64,000 bases of DNA from an uncultured Candidatus Saccharibacteria bacterium (GTDB lineage: Bacteria > Patescibacteriota > Minisyncoccia > Phycocordibacterales > G965230995): assembly GCA_965230995.1 (NCBI GenBank), contig OZ246398.1, positions 144,227 to 208,226 on the forward strand. The letters are read 5' to 3'. Shown here in pieces: positions 57,735 to 64,000 of this stretch. Position 1 is the first letter of the stretch, and every line of letters starts with the position of its first letter. The position numbers and the translations under genes are program-made. The notes below the pieces were generated by a model, which searched no databases, was not told the origin of the DNA, and saw nothing but the letters and a program-made list of their open reading frames with translations.

Positions 57735-58984
57735 TAAGAAAGAATTTTAAAATAATCTTGTTGTCTATCATAATAGTTTTATGTTTTGCTTTTGTAAAAA
57801 TTACTTTTGCAGCAGACGATAGCGGACTACTCACCTATACACCAATGGAAGTGATAGACGGCCTTACACCGGAAAAAATGCCAGTTAATCTGTCAGATTA
57901 CCTCAATCGGCTTTATGTATTTCTAATTGCATTTTCTTCTGTTATCGCCGTTGTAATGATAACAATTGGTGGTTTTACTTATATTCTATCTGCAAGTTCC
58001 GGTGGAAAAGAAGACGGCAAGGGGATGATAAAAAATGCAATTTTTGGTCTTTTGTTAATGTTTCTTAGCTATCTAATCGTAAATACAGTTAACCCAAGCG
58101 CTCTGGATTTTAATATTTTCAAAAATGCAACTCCTATAAAACCGGTAAGTTTGGAAATTAATACTTCAGGAGAAGGTCAAACCGCTCTAGAAGGGCTCGA
58201 CCCGACCAAAAAAGGACAGTGGGCACTTAGAGTTGTCTCACCAGAAAATTCAGAAATTAGATATTATGATACACAAGTTAAATGTTTATCTGAAAAAGAA
58301 TCGCTTTCTGAAGCAACAACTGCAAAATACAAGATGCCGGCAACAAGTCAATGCACAGCAAAGACTATGAATGTAGATAAAGTATATTATTTTACTTATG
58401 ACTATAAGGATTGGCCGGATAGAAATGTCGTCGAGACGACCAGCTGGTCTGCAACTGGAAAAACAAATTCTATTGCTACAACAGAGATTTCAGAGACAAC
58501 AATGGAAGCCTGTAAACAAAAAAAAGAAGAGGTTATCGCAAAAGCATTAGACAGAAAACCTTATCGTCCAACAACTGCCTGTACATCTCTCCATAATTCT
58601 GAAAATACAAATCAATTTAATTTTAGTTTTATATATCCTTACGGAGAAACGGAAGCAAGAGAATTTGCTACAAAATCATACTCAACAAAAGAATGTGTAC
58701 AAAAATATAAGTTTATCTCAACATACTATGAACCTTATAAGAACATATCGGAATGTAAGGAAAAAAAACCTACCAATTCGACTCAGAAAGCAACCTACTA
58801 TTGCCAAGAGGGGATAGAAATGTATTTGGACGGAAATAATGTGGGGGAACAATCTAAAGGAACAAATAAAACTTCTGGTAATGATTGTTTCAGGACAAAA
58901 TCAGAATGTGAACAAAACTTCAACGAAAAAAAGGTTCAATTAATGCCAAGATATAATTTATCATCATGCATACTGGTAAAATAA
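57731..58984 (+). CDS. TrbC/VirB2-like pilin domain fused to Cys-containing repeats
   Basis: AVVMITIGGFTYI..GKGMIKNAIFGLLL..SYLIVNTVNP; four Cys-paired modules. Confidence 0.7.
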   Translation: MIRKNFKIILLSIIIVLCFAFVKITFAADDSGLLTYTPMEVIDGLTPEKMPVNLSDYLNRLYVFLIAFSSVIAVVMITIGGFTYILSASSGGKEDGKGMIKNAIFGLLLMFLSYLIVNTVNPSALDFNIFKNATPIKPVSLEINTSGEGQTALEGLDPTKKGQWALRVVSPENSEIRYYDTQVKCLSEKESLSEATTAKYKMPATSQCTAKTMNVDKVYYFTYDYKDWPDRNVVETTSWSATGKTNSIATTEISETTMEACKQKKEEVIAKALDRKPYRPTTACTSLHNSENTNQFNFSFIYPYGETEAREFATKSYSTKECVQKYKFISTYYEPYKNISECKEKKPTNSTQKATYYCQEGIEMYLDGNNVGEQSKGTNKTSGNDCFRTKSECEQNFNEKKVQLMPRYNLSSCILVK

Positions 58985-60165
58985 AATTAATACTACTTAC
59001 TCTCGGAGCAATATTGGTAATTGCAATTATTGCTTTGTTCACGTATGGTTATTTTGAATCAAAAAATAATGGTAAAACGCTAACACAAACAGTTGTAGAT
59101 ATTTTTCCAAGATCTTCTAAAACAGAAAATACTCCAAATACAGAAGAACCAGCGGAACAACCCCCAGTAGAAATTCCAACAAACACCACCGATATTTACA
59201 CTAAAAAAATTAGAAAAATAGCTAGCGGTCCTATTTCTGGTTCATTTTTTACTGGTACATCAACAGTAAGATACGTAGATAAAGGAACAGGAAATGTGTA
59301 TGAATATTCCTATTACACTAACACAACAAAAAAATTAACATCAACTGTCATCCCGGGAATAAACGATACATTTTGGGTAAACAACAATACTTTTTTTGGT
59401 AGATATGCAGATACAGACTCTGAAATAATTCGTACATTTTTAGGAACAATATCAAATCCCGGAGAGTCTGGCGTTCTTTCAATTGAATTCTTTGAACAAA
59501 ATATAAAAGCAATGACTGTTTCTCCAAAAGGGGATAGAGTCGCTTATCTAGTGGAAAGCGGTCAATACGGAGTTGTTGCAATATATGACATAAAGAAAAA
59601 AACGATTGCTAGAATATCTACAATACCAGGAAGCGAATATTCATTACACTGGAACGAAAATGGATTATACGCTCAAAGCAATGCATCATTTAATCTACCA
59701 GGGTATCTCTTAAAACTATCCCTGACTGGAGAACAGCCAAAAATTGTTATACCTTCTGTTCTAGGTTTACTTTCAAAACCAATCAAAGCAGGTTTCATCG
59801 TATCGTCTTTTAGTACCACACAAGGATATTCTTATATAATGACAAATTCACAAAAGGTAAGTCTGGAAAATCTTGTTATCCCTGAAAAATGCGTAGAAGC
59901 AAAAGAAAATATCTATTGTGCAGTATCTTCTTTAAACAATGAATCTGGTATGCCAGACTCATGGTACAGCGGGGAAACTAGATTGATAGACCGATTAGAA
60001 AAAATAAATATCAAAAATCCACTTGAAAAAGAAGTCGTTTATACATCAGCACTTGGAGAAGACGGCTCGTTTGATATGATCAATCTTCAGATTTCTCAAG
60101 ATTACGAAACACTTATATTTACAGAAAAGGGAACAGGCGATCTCTGGAGTATAGACATAAGATAA
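58966..60165 (+). CDS. Membrane-anchored beta-propeller-like protein
   Basis: N-terminal TM; VSPKGDRVAY; C-terminal LWSIDI. Confidence 0.7.
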   Translation: MHTGKIKLILLTLGAILVIAIIALFTYGYFESKNNGKTLTQTVVDIFPRSSKTENTPNTEEPAEQPPVEIPTNTTDIYTKKIRKIASGPISGSFFTGTSTVRYVDKGTGNVYEYSYYTNTTKKLTSTVIPGINDTFWVNNNTFFGRYADTDSEIIRTFLGTISNPGESGVLSIEFFEQNIKAMTVSPKGDRVAYLVESGQYGVVAIYDIKKKTIARISTIPGSEYSLHWNENGLYAQSNASFNLPGYLLKLSLTGEQPKIVIPSVLGLLSKPIKAGFIVSSFSTTQGYSYIMTNSQKVSLENLVIPEKCVEAKENIYCAVSSLNNESGMPDSWYSGETRLIDRLEKINIKNPLEKEVVYTSALGEDGSFDMINLQISQDYETLIFTEKGTGDLWSIDIR

Positions 60166-60166
60166 T

Positions 60167-60200
60167 AAAACAAAAAAACCGCTTTGGCGGTTTTTTTGTT
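60167..60200. terminator. Bidirectional terminator
   Basis: AAACAAAAAAACCGC-TTTG-GCGGTTTTTTTGTTT between convergent genes. Confidence 0.85.
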
Positions 60201-60652
60201 TATATCTGAGAATATTTTATCACCACTCTTCTTTCTTTACCCTCACCAATAGACGATGTTTCGATTCTAATATCGTCACCGAACATATTGTGTATGAGTA
60301 GTCTCTCGTAAGAATTCATCGGCCTTAGCTCTATTGTTTTTTTGGTTTTTACAACTTCTTCGACTGTCTTTCTGACTTCTGCTATAAGCTGATTCATCTC
60401 GTCTTGTTTGTAACCATTTATATCTATATTGAATTTTGCTTCGCTCTTTGTCTTTTGTTTGATTATGAGGCTGAGCAAATGGTGATATGCGTCTATATGT
60501 TCTCCTCTTTTTCCAATAGCCCTTCCAGAATCGTTCGTTCTCACGTTATAAACGATAATATCGCCCTGTTTTACAATTTCTACGTCTATTACATGGACGT
60601 CTAATTTTGCAAAAAAATCTTTTATTAAGGCTATAGTTTCTTCTTGTGTCAT
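60200..60652 (-). CDS. jag: Jag/KhpB-like KH + R3H RNA-binding protein
   Basis: IGKRGE, PMNSYERLLIH and GEGKERRVVI motifs; canonical position after yidC. Confidence 0.85.
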   Translation of the reverse strand: MTQEETIALIKDFFAKLDVHVIDVEIVKQGDIIVYNVRTNDSGRAIGKRGEHIDAYHHLLSLIIKQKTKSEAKFNIDINGYKQDEMNQLIAEVRKTVEEVVKTKKTIELRPMNSYERLLIHNMFGDDIRIETSSIGEGKERRVVIKYSQI

Positions 60653-60653
60653 A

Positions 60654-61370
60654 CTATTTCTTTAGGTGTTTCCTGATATAAAGCTCCTGACCTATAGTAA
60701 ATAGATTACTCGTTATCCAATAAAGTGCAATAACCCCAGAAATACTGTAAGCAATGAAATATACGATGACTGGAAAGACATATCTCATCTGAATATTCAT
60801 ACTTCGAGCAAGGTCGTCCTTGAAAGATTCGCCCGGTTTGCCTTTTGGTGTATGTGGTGGTATAGAATATCGCATTTGAAAGAAACTTGAAACAGCAGCT
60901 AGGATGGCTAGAATGTGACTTTTATTTGAAATACTTTCAATCCAAAAGAAGCTCATATTTAAATTTTCTGGCATCTTAACAAAAGAATACAAGAAGCCAG
61001 CATCAATAGAAGGAAATCCTTTTAGAAAAACATAGTAGAGGCTTATGATGATTGGAATCTGGATGATAGTAAGGAGCAGAGTAGAGAAGGGGTTGATATC
61101 ATTTTCTTTGTACAACTCTAATATCTTGCGAGCATATTCTTGTTGATTGTCTTTATATTTTTCTTTTAGCTCGTCCATTTTAGGCTGGAGAGCCTTCATT
61201 CCGATCTGTGTCTTTACAGCCTTTTTAGAAAGAGGGAAGAGGAGTAGCTTGATTATTACCGTAAAAACGATTACCGCAAAGCCAGCATTCATAAAAGGAA
61301 AACTATCTATGAGAAAAACCAGTCCATTGTACAGAGGTTTATAAATCGTTATTTTAAAAAATGAAAACAT
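60654..61370 (-). CDS. yidC: Membrane protein insertase YidC
   Basis: LQPKMDELKEKYK, INPF, QIPI and LYWITSN motifs. Confidence 0.95.
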   Translation of the reverse strand: MFSFFKITIYKPLYNGLVFLIDSFPFMNAGFAVIVFTVIIKLLLFPLSKKAVKTQIGMKALQPKMDELKEKYKDNQQEYARKILELYKENDINPFSTLLLTIIQIPIIISLYYVFLKGFPSIDAGFLYSFVKMPENLNMSFFWIESISNKSHILAILAAVSSFFQMRYSIPPHTPKGKPGESFKDDLARSMNIQMRYVFPVIVYFIAYSISGVIALYWITSNLFTIGQELYIRKHLKK

Positions 61371-61379
61371 TTATGAATT

Positions 61380-61712
61380 TTAGCTTATTTTTTTGTGTAT
61401 CTCAACCATAACTTGAGCTACATCGTTTTTAATTAATTCTTTATCTGCATTTTTAATTGTTGGTTTAACAAAAAAAATAACATCACAAACACTATCTAGT
61501 ATGTGATTTTCGATTGCATCAAAAACCTGCCTTCGTATTCTATTTCTATCGTGGGCAAGCTTATAAACCTTTTTTGGGACAACAACGGCAAAACGAGGCT
61601 TTTCTTCCGCCTTTTTTGCCCTTATGGCAAAAAGATTAGTGCTAAAAACCTTTGAGCCCTTGAAAACAAGATCAAATTTATCCTTTTGAAGTCTTCTTTG
61701 CTTTGAAAGCAT
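61380..61712 (-). CDS. rnpA: Ribonuclease P protein component
   Basis: FAVVVPKKV..AHDRNRIRR motif. Confidence 0.9.
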   Translation of the reverse strand: MLSKQRRLQKDKFDLVFKGSKVFSTNLFAIRAKKAEEKPRFAVVVPKKVYKLAHDRNRIRRQVFDAIENHILDSVCDVIFFVKPTIKNADKELIKNDVAQVMVEIHKKIS

Positions 61713-61764
61713 ATAAAGACACTACACCTAAAAAACAAAAAAGAACAGCTTTTGGCTGTTCTTT

Positions 61765-61902
61765 TTAGACTGTTGTTATTCTCTTTCTTCCTTTTTGTCT
61801 CCTTCGCTTTAGAGTGTTTTGTCCAGTTTTTGTTTTGCTTCTTACGAGAAAACCGTGTGTCTTTGCTCGTTTTTTCTTTTTTGGTTGATATGTAATCGAC
61901 AT
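61765..61902 (-). CDS. rpmH: 50S ribosomal protein L34 (missing from ORF track)
   Basis: [45 protein letters not shown]. Confidence 0.95.
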   Translation of the reverse strand: MSITYQPKKKKRAKTHGFLVRSKTKTGQNTLKRRRQKGRKRITTV

Positions 61903-62125
61903 ACTGTTTGTTTACGTTTATAGATAGAGGAACTTTACATTAAAAAAATAAAAAGCGCAATAGGGGAGAGTAGCCAAAAACTTACTCCACACTTTATGCA
62001 CAGCTTATCAACATATAAGCTGTTTTTCCGCAAGTTCACGAACACACTACAGAGTATATAATGGATTTACTACAGAGAGCGATTGGGACAATTTTTTTTG
62101 AAACTTTAGTAATAAACATTGGAGT

Positions 62126-63472
62126 ATGGACTACAAACAACTTTGGGATGGAGTGTTGGTGGAAGTAGAGATGACGGTCTCAAAGGCAAGTTTTAATACT
62201 TGGTTCAAAGACACTTTTATTTCAGGTTGGAGCGACGGGGCAATAATCCTCAGTGTTCCTAATACATTCGTAAAAGAATGGCTCTCAAACAAATACCACA
62301 ACGTAATTCTCAAATCTCTACGAAAAATAAACCCTGAAATCCGTGCTCTCGAATACACAATATCCAAAGACGGAGCAAAGAAAGCCCCAGACAAGCCCCA
62401 AAACAAAATGGGGGACACAGGTATTTTGCCACTTGTTGAACAACACATAAACAAAGAAGATAATCTAAACCCAAAATACACTTTCGATACATTTGTCGTC
62501 GGACCTTTCAACGAATTAGCCCACGCAGCATCTCAAGCTGTCATAAATAGGCCAGGTCTTGCATACAACCCATTGTTTATCTATGGAAACACAGGACACG
62601 GAAAGACTCATCTAATCCAAGCAATCGGAAATCAAATAAAAAAACTATATCCTCAAAAATTAGTCTACTATGTTACCTCTGAAAAATTTGCTCAGGACTT
62701 GATTAATTCCATAACAAGCCAAAAAGTAAATGCCTTCAAGGAAAAGTATCGAAGATATGATGTCATCATAATGGACGACATTCAGTTTCTTTCAAACAAA
62801 GAAAAAACCCAAGAGGAATTGTTCCATATTTTTAATTCTCTGTATGAAAACAACAAACAAATAGTATTTTCTTCTGATACACACCCTCATTACATACCAA
62901 ATCTCGAGGACAGACTAAAATCACGCTTTGCTGCTGGTATGACAGTGGATATTCCAGCGCCCGATCACGAATCCCGAACCGCGATTTTGAACGCAAAAGC
63001 AAGACAACTAGGGCTTGATGTAACACCAGAGATCATAAATTTCCTCGCCACAACTATTCCGGGTAACATTAGGGAACTAGAAGGTGTCTTAAACACAGTT
63101 CTATGCCAAGTTCAGCTAAAAAAGAGACCTCTTTCTCTAAACGAAATTAGAGATCTTATAAAAAATGCTTCTAAACCAAAAAAACTTATCTCTACAAAAG
63201 AAGTAATAAAGATTGTTGCTGATTTTTATGGAATAGAAGAATCAAGCATATATGAAAAAACCCGCAGAAAGGACATTATAAGGCCAAGACAAGTCTTGAT
63301 GTATATTTTGCGTGAAGATTTTAATATCTCTTTCCCTTCAATCGGACAAAAGATTGGGGGCAGGGATCACACAACCGTAATTCACTCTTGTGAAAAGATA
63401 AAAGGGGACATAAAAGAAGATAACGCCTTAAACCAAGAGATAAACCAGCTCCGAGCACTGCTTGGAAGCTAG
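62126..63472 (+). CDS. dnaA: Chromosomal replication initiator DnaA
   Basis: YNPLFIYGNTGHGKTHL, DDIQFL, NIRELEG and GGRDHTTVIH motifs. Confidence 0.98.
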   Translation: MDYKQLWDGVLVEVEMTVSKASFNTWFKDTFISGWSDGAIILSVPNTFVKEWLSNKYHNVILKSLRKINPEIRALEYTISKDGAKKAPDKPQNKMGDTGILPLVEQHINKEDNLNPKYTFDTFVVGPFNELAHAASQAVINRPGLAYNPLFIYGNTGHGKTHLIQAIGNQIKKLYPQKLVYYVTSEKFAQDLINSITSQKVNAFKEKYRRYDVIIMDDIQFLSNKEKTQEELFHIFNSLYENNKQIVFSSDTHPHYIPNLEDRLKSRFAAGMTVDIPAPDHESRTAILNAKARQLGLDVTPEIINFLATTIPGNIRELEGVLNTVLCQVQLKKRPLSLNEIRDLIKNASKPKKLISTKEVIKIVADFYGIEESSIYEKTRRKDIIRPRQVLMYILREDFNISFPSIGQKIGGRDHTTVIHSCEKIKGDIKEDNALNQEINQLRALLGS

Positions 63473-63703
63473 TGTGGATAAATTGTTAATAACTGTCTTA
63501 AAACCAGTTAAAAAGTAATAACAAATAGTGAATAAAATAAGGTTATAGACAAGAAAAAAGAAAACAAAATCAGATATCCACAGAATATAAAAAATGAAAA
63601 ACCAGAAAAAACCATTACAGACAAACATATTTCATTTCTAATCCACATATCCACCATCCTAATAAGTAATAACAATAATATATTAAAAGAATAAGTAATC
63701 TAT
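63473..63703. other. Probable oriC (dnaA-dnaN intergenic region)
   Basis: TGTGGATAA at 63473, several degenerate boxes (~63572, ~63640) and an AT-rich tract; further boxes upstream of dnaA at ~61982-62013. Confidence 0.75.
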
Positions 63704-64000
63704 ATGAAATTTGAAATCCTCAAAGAGAATATATCGAGAGAACTTTCCAAAGCAGAAAAGATGACAGGAAAGAATCTAAGTCTTCCTGTTCTTTCTGCTG
63801 TTTTTCTTGAGGCAGATAAAAACTCTCTCTGCATCAGAGCAACCAATCTTGATTTAGGAATCGAGATTAGACTACCCGCTGTTGTTTCAAAAGAAGGCAA
63901 GGTTGCTGTTTCAGCTCGGGTCATACTGTCTTTCTTGAATAATGTAAAAGACGGCGAGAAGCTCAAATTTGAGCTAAAGGAAGGAGTACTGAATATTAGT
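63704..64000 (+). CDS. dnaN: DNA polymerase III beta clamp, partial
   Basis: MKFEILKENI..SLPVLSAV..RATNLDLGIE; follows dnaA. Confidence 0.93.
   Translation, partial: MKFEILKENISRELSKAEKMTGKNLSLPVLSAVFLEADKNSLCIRATNLDLGIEIRLPAVVSKEGKVAVSARVILSFLNNVKDGEKLKFELKEGVLNIS

Noticed and set aside
557-63966. Numerous antisense or overlapping ORFs in the track (e.g. 18671..19315, 44363..44743, 56040..56705, 63700..63966)
   Set aside because: They are shadow frames of well-supported genes on the opposite strand.

Overview
This is an AT-rich bacterial chromosome segment in standard genetic code 11. Gene content and protein families point to Patescibacteria/CPR (Parcubacteria-like). It ends at the replication origin (jag-yidC-rnpA-rpmH | dnaA-oriC-dnaN). 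Housekeeping genes include pgk, tpiA, nusA, ppa, tig, rsmE, clpP, rny, HU, cca, xth, a Xer-like recombinase, rpsO, pnp, comM, pcrA and rsmA. The window also holds a type IV pilus locus, a chromosomal VirB4/PrgI/VirB6-like T4SS-related cluster, livH/livM, four tRNAs and two pseudogenes (rhuM-like, tfoX-like). The most unusual signals are non-coding. (1) Two ~160-185 bp elements sit at the 3' ends of two different tRNAs; they share an identical 63-bp core, but their arms are tailored to each tRNA. (2) Two tandem, promoter- and terminator-bounded, highly structured putative ncRNAs share a TTAGTTCCTT motif. (3) GC-richer orphan ORFs with SD-like sites, boxA-like motifs and their own terminators are scattered among apparently leaderless host genes. 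(4) A dense parS cluster and a DnaA-box cluster lie ~30 kb from oriC. All calls were made by eye from the sequence and ORF track; no database searches or folding programs were run.
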